Below, piece after piece: positions 1 through 7,126 of a stretch of 16,756 nt of DNA. The stretch's first letter is position 1; each line of letters starts with the position of its first letter. The translations under genes were made by a program, and so were the position numbers. Below the pieces are notes generated by a model that worked only from the letters and a program-made list of their open reading frames with translations, made no database searches and had not been told where the DNA came from. The stretch lies in IMG/VR virus record IMGVR_UViG_2703719347_000008. One strand, written 5' to 3'. This DNA is from a virus (Duplodnaviria > Heunggongvirae > Uroviricota > Caudoviricetes).

Positions 1-1143
1 TCATACTGCTTTTTTACCAACAACGATCCACTCTTTGCCGCGGTCATCATTGTATATGTCAGTCATTTTCATTGTTTTGTGGCCCAATAGTTTCTGAGTG
101 TCTATTCCTTGCTCACGATACAATCGCTCTGAAAGAGACCTCTGTTCATGGAAAGTCGGTGCTGTTCCTTCTTCCCAGGTAAGACCGCTTTTATCCCGTG
201 CTTTCTTGAACGTTGAAGTAAGTGTTTTGGCTGACACTTGGTCACCACGACTAGCCTGTGAGGTGCTATGGCGAAAATGAACAAGATATTTACTCACCAC
301 AGCATCTCTACATTTTGAAATAACATCACTCAGAGTAATATTTAACGCCTCATTTCTGAGAGAAAGGGGAATGGCTAAACGAGTTCCTGTTTTCTCCTGC
401 TCAATATGCAGCATATCATCCCATACATCCGAAAACTTCATATTGCAAATATCCCCGAGGCGTTGCCCTGTTACAATGGCAAGCAACATTCCACATTGCA
501 AATAAGGTTGTTGTTGTTCGGCGGATGTATAAATAGCCTCCCATTCCTCCAGAGATAGCCTTTGTCTGCTTATCTTATTTCGTGGCTGTTTCGTTGCTTG
601 GGCAGGGTTGTATCCCGGAGGAACGTGACCAGCATGTTGAGCCTCTTTAAAAACATCTATTAGTACCATGCGTACAACTTGAGCCATCCTGTTATGACCC
701 TCTGCCTTAACAGCATCTGTTATTTCGGAAATATCAAGTGCTGTTATATCTTTTAGATATTGCATACCACAATGCTCACGAAAAAGACGAATTGGTTTAG
801 CTTTCTGTCGAAAAGAGTTTGGGCGCAGTTCGTTGTGTTTCAATCTTTCCTCCTGCACCAATTCATATTTGTCGAGCCATGAAGAAACTGTAATATCCGT
901 GCGGTTTCCTTTCATGCGAGCCAGACGCTCGTTAATACCAAGGATCTGCCTGGTGCGCTGCTCTGCAATAATCGTATTTGCTTCACTTGCCACCTGCTTT
1001 GCTTCAGCTTCGTCCGTGCCGAGGCTATGAAAACGACCAGAGATAGGGTGTTTGTATTGCCAGTAAACCTTTCCGGTACGTTTATCAAGTTTGCAATATA
1101 GGTTTGGAATAGTGATTTTATGGGTACGCGGTCTAGCTGCCAT
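1..1143 (-). CDS. int: Phage integrase, tyrosine recombinase family
   Basis: 380-aa ORF on minus strand; C-terminal region (LGHKTMKMTDIY) fits the His/Tyr catalytic end of tyrosine recombinases; sits at prophage end directly downstream of an Xis-like gene with 11-nt overlap. Stop codon is at the window edge, so no att site is visible. Confidence 0.9.
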   Translation of the reverse strand: MAARPRTHKITIPNLYCKLDKRTGKVYWQYKHPISGRFHSLGTDEAEAKQVASEANTIIAEQRTRQILGINERLARMKGNRTDITVSSWLDKYELVQEERLKHNELRPNSFRQKAKPIRLFREHCGMQYLKDITALDISEITDAVKAEGHNRMAQVVRMVLIDVFKEAQHAGHVPPGYNPAQATKQPRNKISRQRLSLEEWEAIYTSAEQQQPYLQCGMLLAIVTGQRLGDICNMKFSDVWDDMLHIEQEKTGTRLAIPLSLRNEALNITLSDVISKCRDAVVSKYLVHFRHSTSQASRGDQVSAKTLTSTFKKARDKSGLTWEEGTAPTFHEQRSLSERLYREQGIDTQKLLGHKTMKMTDIYNDDRGKEWIVVGKKAV

Positions 1144-1369
1144 CGCTAATTATCCGTCTCAGTTTTGGGTTAACATTTATTGGAAGTTGAGGTTCAGCAA
1201 CTACACCTATAAAACGAGCCTCTTTGTCAACCATCCAGCGCCGCCCGACTCTCATCGGTGGTGGTGCTATCATCTGGCCTTTAGCATATTTTTTTAATAC
1301 TCGCTCGCTAGGGGCTTCACTACCGAATTCATCTTTTGCCCATTCGAGTAAAGAGACCATACGTGACAT
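1133..1369 (-). CDS. xis: Excisionase (Xis-like DNA-binding protein)
   Basis: Small ORF directly upstream of and overlapping int; LLEWA...APPPMRVGRRW resembles lambda Xis (LQEWNA...FPPPVKDGREY). ATG at 1369 is preceded by GGAGAAGAA; the track's longer 1393 start is a TTG without a Shine-Dalgarno. Confidence 0.7.
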   Translation of the reverse strand: MSRMVSLLEWAKDEFGSEAPSERVLKKYAKGQMIAPPPMRVGRRWMVDKEARFIGVVAEPQLPINVNPKLRRIISDGS

Positions 1370-1432
1370 TTCTTCTCCATATACCGGCTGCAACCGGCTT
1401 AACTTCTACAATTCTTTTCTCCGGGCCAGTCG

Positions 1433-1624
1433 TCACTCGATAGGCTTGATGGTGTCGAGCAGCAGCCGGCGGCGCGTATTTTCTGCAAAATGACGGCATC
1501 CGGTCGCTTTGTGGTAAAACTCGTTTTTGCCAACGACCCACATCCGCTCTGTCTGATGCAGTTTTTTAAGCTTCGGACCGTCTTTGGTGATCACGGTACC
1601 GGTATGGGTTTTTATGATTGTCAT
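1433..1624 (-). CDS. Hypothetical small phage protein (63 aa)
   Basis: ATG at 1624 overlaps the TGA stop of the upstream ParB-like gene in an ATGA arrangement (translational coupling); the track's longer 1645 start is TTG. No recognisable motif. Confidence 0.5.
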   Translation of the reverse strand: MTIIKTHTGTVITKDGPKLKKLHQTERMWVVGKNEFYHKATGCRHFAENTRRRLLLDTIKPIE

Positions 1625-2406
1625 ACGGACTCCCCAAGCACCCAACGGAGTGCGCTTGCATACTCACCCTCGGCAGATTCCAGGGCTTTAGTAATTTCTT
1701 TGCGGGTTTTCAGACGCGGCTTTTCCTCACCGAGAATCTTACGCTGACGCCGGGCTTTTTCATGGCCGGTTGTACCAGCTGTCGCCAGCTCGATTGCTGA
1801 CACTTTGGCACGCTGCTCTTCAGGTGGGAGCGCACCAAGCTGACGCGCCTGGGTAACGGTGACAGTTCCAGATTCCACTGCATCGCGGACAGCCTGGGTG
1901 GCATCCAGCAGCGACAGCGTTGCACGTACTGTCTGAACACTCACGCCAAACATCAGCGATAAATCGTCCTCGTCGTGCCCGCGGTCCAGCGCATCAGCCA
2001 TTTTCTTTGCTCGGCCCAGCGGCGTATCAGCCTGGCGGATTTCGTTAGCACTTACCATCGCCTGCGCCATGCGAACGGCAGAGCCACGTTTAGCGACTGC
2101 CGGAACCAGTAACGGTTCTTTGCCCTCTTTCGACAGACGCTTGTTGGCTTCCAGTGTATGTCGCACACGCTGGCGACCATCAACCACACAAGACAGCCCT
2201 GTCTCCGGGTCTTTCCAGACGATAATCGGCTCAAGAACGCCCTGGTCCATGATGTTCAGCACCATTGCCTCGCTGATAGGCAGGTGGATACGCTCATCGT
2301 AAAGCGGGTGCGTTTTGTCGGTAACCAGGTGCAGGTTTTCAGGTTCGAACGTCAAAACGTTCGTTTTGCCACTCGCGCCATATACCAGCTTTGAGTCTTT
2401 AGCCAT
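1621..2406 (-). CDS. ParB-like nuclease domain protein (ParB/Srx N-terminal domain plus HTH)
   Basis: 261-aa ORF; N-terminal segment IIVWKDPETGLSCVVDGRQRVRH matches the ParB N-terminal arginine-rich box; central region LSLMFGVSVQTVRATL looks like a ParB-type helix-turn-helix. Confidence 0.75.
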   Translation of the reverse strand: MAKDSKLVYGASGKTNVLTFEPENLHLVTDKTHPLYDERIHLPISEAMVLNIMDQGVLEPIIVWKDPETGLSCVVDGRQRVRHTLEANKRLSKEGKEPLLVPAVAKRGSAVRMAQAMVSANEIRQADTPLGRAKKMADALDRGHDEDDLSLMFGVSVQTVRATLSLLDATQAVRDAVESGTVTVTQARQLGALPPEEQRAKVSAIELATAGTTGHEKARRQRKILGEEKPRLKTRKEITKALESAEGEYASALRWVLGESV

Positions 2407-2705
2407 CAGAGAGCCTCCACGTTACGGAAGCTGGTGGGGCAAATTGCTTTCAAATCGCGCATTGCTTCGAGGACATGCAGATTTATGCGCTTCTTGGTAT
2501 ATCGCTCAGTAATACGATCACACTCCTTCGCCCAAGATTTGACCTCTGCGAGAAGGGCGTCACGTTCGGTGCGTGTCTGGCGCAGAGCTACATTCGAAAC
2601 ATCGAGGACGGTAGCCAGTTCCTTGATGATTGCTGCCTGTTCTGGTGGCATAGTTTTGGCTATTTCGTACGCCTGTTTAATCAATTGATTTGCTGTCTTA
2701 GCCAT
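2406..2705 (-). CDS. Hypothetical protein (99 aa), first gene of the leftward early operon
   Basis: ATG at 2705 preceded by GGAGA with 7-nt spacer (track's 2756 start has none); stop overlaps the start of the ParB-like gene (coupled). Predicted helical, no known motif. Confidence 0.6.
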   Translation of the reverse strand: MAKTANQLIKQAYEIAKTMPPEQAAIIKELATVLDVSNVALRQTRTERDALLAEVKSWAKECDRITERYTKKRINLHVLEAMRDLKAICPTSFRNVEAL

Positions 2706-2978
2706 CTTTTGTTCTCCATCTGACGCGCTGCAACGCGTAAATTTAGGGTGCAGCAACCCAACCCATGAAAGTGGGTGAATAGCTGGTTAAAATTTCTTGC
2801 TGATGGGGGACCGCCACTGCAATGGCGGTACGTTAGTTCTCCACACAACTGGAAGCGCACTCCTTCAGTTACAAACCGATCCCCACCGGAAAGAAGGGGA
2901 ATGCGCTTCCATGTTGTGTTCTGTTCATCCTTGTCCGTAAGTTTCGTCATGTGCCGACGAGTAGAAGATAATCATAAA

Positions 2979-3015
2979 TTGCGAGTAACGCAATAGCTAT
3001 GTGCGTTACTCGCAA
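2979..3015 (-). promoter_or_regulatory. Candidate OL-like operator pair with leftward promoter (pL analogue)
   Basis: Two 15-bp sites TTGCGagtaaCGCAA (2979-2993) and gTGCGttactCGCAA (3001-3015), mutually reverse-complementary, matching the motif seen in the cI-cro intergenic region. On the minus strand a -35 TTGCGT (2993-2988) and -10 TATCTT (2970-2965) with 17-bp spacer overlap the first site. Confidence 0.45.
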
Positions 3016-3025
3016 TTTTATGGCG

Positions 3026-3050
3026 AAAAAAAAGGCCTCGAATGAGGCCT
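3026..3050 (-). terminator. Rho-independent terminator of cI
   Basis: 7-bp stem AGGCCTC/GAGGCCT with GAAT loop (3033-3050) followed on the minus strand by a run of 8 U (A-run 3026-3033 on plus), about 18 nt downstream of the cI stop. Confidence 0.7.
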
Positions 3051-3068
3051 AGTTTATGATGATGAATG

Positions 3069-3764
3069 CTATCCATGCCGTTTAAAGGACTGAGACTGGC
3101 TTATTAAAACCTTTCCATAGATATAGAATCTGTGTTCATTCTCTTTAGTTATATTCCATTCTCTATAACGAGGGTTATCAGAGATGACTAGCAGTTGGTC
3201 TGGTATCATCTGCAGGCGTTTAACATAAACTTTTCCATCAAAACCAAAGACGTAAATCCCATCCCCATCGAACTCATTGATAGTTACGTCCACAAAGATT
3301 AGGTCGCCAGGCTCAATCGTTGAGGCCATGCTATCACCGCGAACGTTGATGACCTTTACTCCAGATGGAGTCCTGCCACCAAACATTGCCAATGCCTGAT
3401 CATTGCTGAACTCGATAGCATGAATGACATCTATGACGTCACTACCGTGTATATGTCCTGCCCCGGCGCTTGCGCTCACATCAAGTACCTCGACTCTGTA
3501 TACATCCACATCCTTTACGGGAGATGCATATTTTTTACTGTTTATATGTACAGTAGTATCATTTTCGTCAGAGGTAAATAGGTCAGGTACACTTACGCTT
3601 AAAGCTTGAGCAAGTCGGTTAAGTGTCTGTTCTGAAAACTGCTTTTGTTTACCAGTTTCAAGCCTGGAAATATTGGCAGCATCAACGCCCACAGCTTCTG
3701 CAAGCTCTGCGATTTTAATGTTCTTCGCTAAGCGAAGTTGTCGTATGCGAGATCCTATTTTCAT
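3069..3764 (-). CDS. cI: CI-like repressor (N-terminal HTH plus C-terminal S24/LexA-type autopeptidase domain)
   Basis: 231 aa; N-terminus IRQLRLAKNIKIAELAEAVGVDAANISRLETGK is an XRE-type HTH; C-terminal GDSM (Ser nucleophile) and downstream VKRL Lys are the S24 catalytic dyad pattern; divergent from a Cro-like gene. Confidence 0.9.
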   Translation of the reverse strand: MKIGSRIRQLRLAKNIKIAELAEAVGVDAANISRLETGKQKQFSEQTLNRLAQALSVSVPDLFTSDENDTTVHINSKKYASPVKDVDVYRVEVLDVSASAGAGHIHGSDVIDVIHAIEFSNDQALAMFGGRTPSGVKVINVRGDSMASTIEPGDLIFVDVTINEFDGDGIYVFGFDGKVYVKRLQMIPDQLLVISDNPRYREWNITKENEHRFYIYGKVLISQSQSFKRHG

Positions 3765-3770
3765 TCACTC

Positions 3771-3847
3771 ATTACATGTTGTTTTTGCGTTTCGTGCAAA
3801 GCAACTTGCGCAATTCGCTAGCGTGGAATAGCATGCGTAATACGCAA
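3771..3847. promoter_or_regulatory. Divergent PRM/PR promoter region with three operator-like sites
   Basis: Sites TTGCGtttcgTGCAA (3785-3799), TTGCGcaattCGCTA (3806-3820), aTGCGtaataCGCAA (3833-3847). Rightward promoter: -35 TTGCGC (3806-3811), 17-bp spacer, -10 TAGCAT (3829-3834). Leftward promoter on minus strand: -35 TTGCAC (3799-3794), 17-bp spacer, -10 TGTAAT (3776-3771), ending a few nt before the cI ATG (near-leaderless, as for lambda PRM). Confidence 0.55.
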
Positions 3848-3861
3848 AAATAGGAGGCGTT

Positions 3862-4104
3862 ATGCAATCACCATTAAGAAAATTGCGAAAATCGCATGGC
3901 ATGACCTTATTGCACGTTGCAACCGGGGTACAGGTAGATCCTGCAACGTTGAGCCGCATTGAAAGATGCGAGCAAGTCCCATCTGTCGAACTGGCGGAGA
4001 GATTAGCCAAGTTCTTTAGAGGAGAAATAAGCGAATTACACATTTTGTACCCAAGTCGCTATCAAACAGATGACGTACCAAGTGCAAATAATCGTACTGC
4101 TTAA
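3862..4104 (+). CDS. cro: Cro-like HTH regulator
   Basis: 80-aa ORF divergent from cI; AGGAGG 5 nt upstream of ATG; HTH-like segment HGMTLLHVATGVQVDPATLSRIERCEQ. Confidence 0.75.
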   Translation: MQSPLRKLRKSHGMTLLHVATGVQVDPATLSRIERCEQVPSVELAERLAKFFRGEISELHILYPSRYQTDDVPSANNRTA

Positions 4105-4138
4105 GCGGTTATTCGATAACTACAAAAGGAAAATCAAT

Positions 4139-4600
4139 ATGGTAGAGCCAAACCTCAAAGAAGCCGTCAAAGCGATGTGCAAAGCATATCCAGGTGGGCG
4201 CGAAGCAATGGCTGGCGCACTGGGAATGACCGTGACGCAGTTCAACAACAACCTCTACGAGAAAAACGGCTGTCGATTTTTTGAAGTATCGGAGCTGGAA
4301 GCGATGGAAGACATTTCCAACACGTCACTACTGGCAGACTACTTCGCCCGCCGTCGTGGTGCTTTGCTGGTGGATGTTCCGCACCTGGAAGAGCTGGATC
4401 GCGTGGACTTGTTTAGCCGGGCAATGCGTACCTCTGCCGCCAGGGGACAGGTTGATCAGATTATCGAACAGGCACTTGAAGATGGCGTTATTGAAAGGCA
4501 CGAGGCCGAAGAAATCATGGTGCATCACCGCCGCCATCTGGCAGCTCGGGAAGAAGAGATTGCCGCAATTATCACGTTATTTTCACGCAAAAAGAAGTGA
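4139..4600 (+). CDS. CII-like transcriptional regulator (possibly CP76/YdaT-type)
   Basis: Position immediately after cro; ATG at 4139 preceded by AAAGGA (8-nt spacer), preferred over the track's upstream 4070 start that overlaps cro; N-terminal HTH-like REAMAGALGMTVTQFNNNLY. Family assignment is from memory of domain architecture, not a search. Confidence 0.5.
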   Translation: MVEPNLKEAVKAMCKAYPGGREAMAGALGMTVTQFNNNLYEKNGCRFFEVSELEAMEDISNTSLLADYFARRRGALLVDVPHLEELDRVDLFSRAMRTSAARGQVDQIIEQALEDGVIERHEAEEIMVHHRRHLAAREEEIAAIITLFSRKKK

Positions 4601-4837
4601 CGCCAGCGAGTTGCAGCTCCTGGCGTCGTGGCGTGTCGTTATCAGTGGAGATTACTAACGCATGAACAGTTTATCAACACAGTACCGCAGGTCGCAACTT
4701 GTAGCGCGGCCAGTTCCTGGTGGAGCAGGACCGGTGCAGTTCGTGTATGGGGTAAGAGTACCAGGCGGGTTCGAACCTGTCTGCTACCAGTTTGCTCAGT
4801 GGGTGGTAGGGGACTTTAACGGCCAGGCGGAGAAAGT

Positions 4838-5050
4838 ATGCGAGAACTTAACCGATGGTTCAGAGATCACTACGGTGTCCCGGTCAGGGTCATACGCTGG
4901 GAGCCCCAGACACAGCGCGTTATATACCTGCGCGAAGGGTATAAGCACGAGTGTTTCAGCCCCCTCGAGCAGTTCAGACGAAAATTCAGGGAAATAGAGG
5001 GGTCTTATGAGCCTGTTAATGCCATCAAGGCCGATAGTCATCAATCCTGA
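4838..5050 (+). CDS. Hypothetical small protein (70 aa)
   Basis: GGCGGAG Shine-Dalgarno 6 nt upstream of ATG; charged composition looks protein-like; overlaps the replication gene start by 44 nt in another frame. Competes with overlapping ORF 4662-4997. Confidence 0.4.
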   Translation: MRELNRWFRDHYGVPVRVIRWEPQTQRVIYLREGYKHECFSPLEQFRRKFREIEGSYEPVNAIKADSHQS

Positions 5051-5921
5051 CCTTGCGTACAGCATAGGCCTGAATGAAGCCATTGCGCTGCAGCAGCTTA
5101 ACTACTGGCTGCAGGAGACTAACTCAGGGCTGGAGCGTGACGGCGTACGCTGGATCTACAACACGACAGAGCAATGGCTGGAGCAATTCCCGTTCTGGTC
5201 TGAATCCACTCTGAAGCGCACCTTCACCCGGCTGAAGAGCCTGGGCGTGCTTAAAGTTGAGCAGCTGAACAAGTCCCAACGCGACATGACGAACTACTAC
5301 ACGATCAACTACGAGAGTGAGCTTTTAGATGAGGTCAAAGTGACCAAATCGAAGAAGTCAAAATGCGCCGTTCCATCAGGTCAAAATGACACGATGGAAG
5401 AGGTCATTGTGAAACGCTCCACCGGGTCAAAACGAACCGCTGTCATCAGGTCAAATTGGCACGATGATCTTACAGAGAATACAACAGAGAGTACTACAGA
5501 GATTACAGGTAAAGACTCTTGTCCGGTTGCGCTGCAACCAGACCAGACCGATCCGGCAGAACTCGTTCTGGATCATTTCAATCGGGTAACCAACTCGACC
5601 TATGGCAAGGGGGGACGAACCAAAACGACGCTGGGTTATATCCGGGGACGCCTGGCCGAAGATTACAGCCCTAAAGACCTGATGCTGGTGGTTGACTACC
5701 TGAACGAGAAATGGGCTCAGGATCCGAAGATGAGCGACTACCTGCGGCCCAAAACGCTGTTTGCTCCCGAGAACTGCGTCGAGTATTTCGACAAGGCCAA
5801 AAAATGGGAAGCAGCCGGGCGCCCAGCCTGGACTGGCGGAAAGTGGGTTAAACAAGACACGGCGTTCAAGTCCAGTTATTCCGACGTGGATTATTCAGTG
5901 CCAGCGGGGTTCCGTTCATGA
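5007..5921 (+). CDS. Replication initiation protein (O-like N-terminus with phage conserved C-terminal domain)
   Basis: 304 aa at the lambda O position after cro/cII; C-terminal region LDHFNRVTNSTYGKGGRTKTTLGYIRGRL...KTLFAPENCVEYFDKAKKWEAAG resembles the conserved C-terminal domain of phage replisome organisers; contains internal iteron-like repeats. Confidence 0.7.
   Translation: MSLLMPSRPIVINPDLAYSIGLNEAIALQQLNYWLQETNSGLERDGVRWIYNTTEQWLEQFPFWSESTLKRTFTRLKSLGVLKVEQLNKSQRDMTNYYTINYESELLDEVKVTKSKKSKCAVPSGQNDTMEEVIVKRSTGSKRTAVIRSNWHDDLTENTTESTTEITGKDSCPVALQPDQTDPAELVLDHFNRVTNSTYGKGGRTKTTLGYIRGRLAEDYSPKDLMLVVDYLNEKWAQDPKMSDYLRPKTLFAPENCVEYFDKAKKWEAAGRPAWTGGKWVKQDTAFKSSYSDVDYSVPAGFRS
5331..5505. 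repeat. Iteron-like direct repeats inside the replication gene (candidate ori)
   Basis: GGTCAAA-type core recurs at 5334, 5358 (AGTCAAA), 5381, 5403 (GGTCAtt), 5427 and 5451. Two long copies CATCAGGTCAAAATGACACGATGG (5375-5398) and CATCAGGTCAAATTGGCACGATGA (5445-5468) match at 21 of 24 positions. Followed by an A/T-richer ACAGAGA triple repeat (5471-5505). Confidence 0.5.
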
Positions 5922-6727
5922 GCAAGCCATTTCTGAAATGGGCAGGTGGAAAGTATACCCAGCAGGCTGACCTGTTCGTGCATATCCCGGCAGGGAAACG
6001 CCTGATAGAGCCATTCGTTGGTGGTGGGTCGGTATTCCTGAACAGCGATAAGCACGCAGATTATCTGCTGGCGGACGTTAACCCGGACCTGATTAATCTG
6101 TATCAGATGTTAGCGGTCGTGCCGGATGAAGTGGAATTGAAGGCCCGCTGGATGTTCGAGCACATGCGGTCACCAGATGGCTATGAGCTGATCCGTTCCG
6201 AGTTCAACGCTCAGACGCTGGATGCTACTGAACGCGCAGCTGCATTCCTGTATCTCAACCGGCATTGTTTCAATGGCCTGATGCGCTACAACCAGGCGAA
6301 CAAGTTCAATGTGGGATGGGGAGGCTACAAGGCGCCGTATTACCCGCTGGTCGAAATGAAATCCTTCGCCGCTATGGCGCATAACTGCGTCTTCATGACC
6401 GCTGATTACCGCCGGACAATCAGCCTGGCCGGGAAAGGGGATGTGGTTTACTGCGATCCGCCTTACGAACCGATGCCGGGAACAACCGGATTCACCGCCT
6501 ATGCCGCTGGTGGTTTTAGCTGGGAGAACCAGGTGGACCTGGCGAAGCAATGCGTATCTGCCTTTCACCGTGGCGCTCGGGTAGTGATTTCTAACTCATC
6601 TGCACCGAAGGTTCTCGACCTGTACCGGGAGCATGGTTTTAACCTGCAATTCATCAAAGCGCGCCGTTCGATTTCCTGCAAAAGCAGTACGCGGGAAGTC
6701 GCAAAAGACGTTGTCGCGATCCTTTAA
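5918..6727 (+). CDS. dam: DNA adenine methyltransferase, Dam family (N6-adenine, likely GATC)
   Basis: N-terminal KWAGGK and PFVGGGSVF SAM-binding motifs, DPPY catalytic motif (VYCDPPYEP); colinear with E. coli Dam; ATGA overlap with the replication gene stop. Confidence 0.9.
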   Translation: MSKPFLKWAGGKYTQQADLFVHIPAGKRLIEPFVGGGSVFLNSDKHADYLLADVNPDLINLYQMLAVVPDEVELKARWMFEHMRSPDGYELIRSEFNAQTLDATERAAAFLYLNRHCFNGLMRYNQANKFNVGWGGYKAPYYPLVEMKSFAAMAHNCVFMTADYRRTISLAGKGDVVYCDPPYEPMPGTTGFTAYAAGGFSWENQVDLAKQCVSAFHRGARVVISNSSAPKVLDLYREHGFNLQFIKARRSISCKSSTREVAKDVVAIL

Positions 6728-6736
6728 GGGGGCTAA

Positions 6737-7114
6737 ATGAAACTGACTTTACCATTTCCACCGAGCGTAAATAGTTACTGGCGCGCCCCGAGCAAGGGAC
6801 CGCTGAAAGGCAGGCATCTGGTAAGCGAGACAGGGCGCAAGTTCCAGCAGGCAGCGAGAGCGGCGATTATTGAGCAACTGCGGGCCGTTCCCCGGCCATC
6901 CTCTGATCTGGCCGAGGTTCACATAGTGTTGTATCCGCCGGATCAGCGCCGTCGGGATATCGATAACTACAACAAAGCGCTGTTCGATGCCCTGACTCTA
7001 ACAGGCGTCTGGGAAGACGACAGTCAGGTTAAGCGCATGCTGGTGGAGTGGGGGAACATCGTGAAGAAAGGGAAAGTAGAAATCACTATCCGTCGTTTTC
7101 GTGCAGCTGCCTGA
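6737..7114 (+). CDS. rusA: RusA Holliday junction resolvase
   Basis: 125 aa; LPFPPSVNSYW and RRRDIDNYNKALFDALT motifs match RusA (LPWPPSNNRYY, RRRRDLDNLQKAAFDAL); AAGGGGG Shine-Dalgarno. Confidence 0.9.
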   Translation: MKLTLPFPPSVNSYWRAPSKGPLKGRHLVSETGRKFQQAARAAIIEQLRAVPRPSSDLAEVHIVLYPPDQRRRDIDNYNKALFDALTLTGVWEDDSQVKRMLVEWGNIVKKGKVEITIRRFRAAA

Positions 7115-7126
7115 CGTGGAGATGAT

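Noticed and set aside
1-40. Attachment site (attL/attR) next to the integrase
   Set aside because: The window begins at the integrase stop codon, so the flanking core sequence and any tRNA target are outside the window.
2681-2950. 89-aa minus-strand ORF at the head of the leftward operon (N-like position)
   Set aside because: No convincing Shine-Dalgarno, Cys/Gly-rich atypical composition, overlaps the better-supported 99-aa gene start; retained only as a possibility within the leader region.
3765-4043. 92-aa minus-strand ORF spanning the cI-cro intergenic region and antisense to cro
   Set aside because: Covers the operator/promoter region and the cro coding sequence; Cys-rich composition; incompatible with the divergent-promoter architecture.
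4762-4788. tRNA-like T-loop sequence GGGTTCGAACC followed by CTACCA
   Set aside because: Flanking sequence cannot be folded into a T-stem, acceptor stem or cloverleaf; the palindrome GGTTCGAACC is self-complementary with no loop. No tRNA called.
4662-4997. 111-aa plus-strand ORF between the CII-like gene and the replication gene
   Set aside because: Gly/Ser-rich low-complexity composition and complete overlap with the more protein-like 70-aa ORF at 4838-5050; coding status unresolved, not called.
5451-5855. 134-aa minus-strand ORF inside the replication gene
   Set aside because: Antisense to the replication initiator; Cys-rich and Leu-rich composition typical of non-coding frames.
6170-6568. 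132-aa minus-strand ORF inside the dam gene
   Set aside because: Antisense to the Dam methylase, which has clear catalytic motifs; no Shine-Dalgarno; likely spurious.
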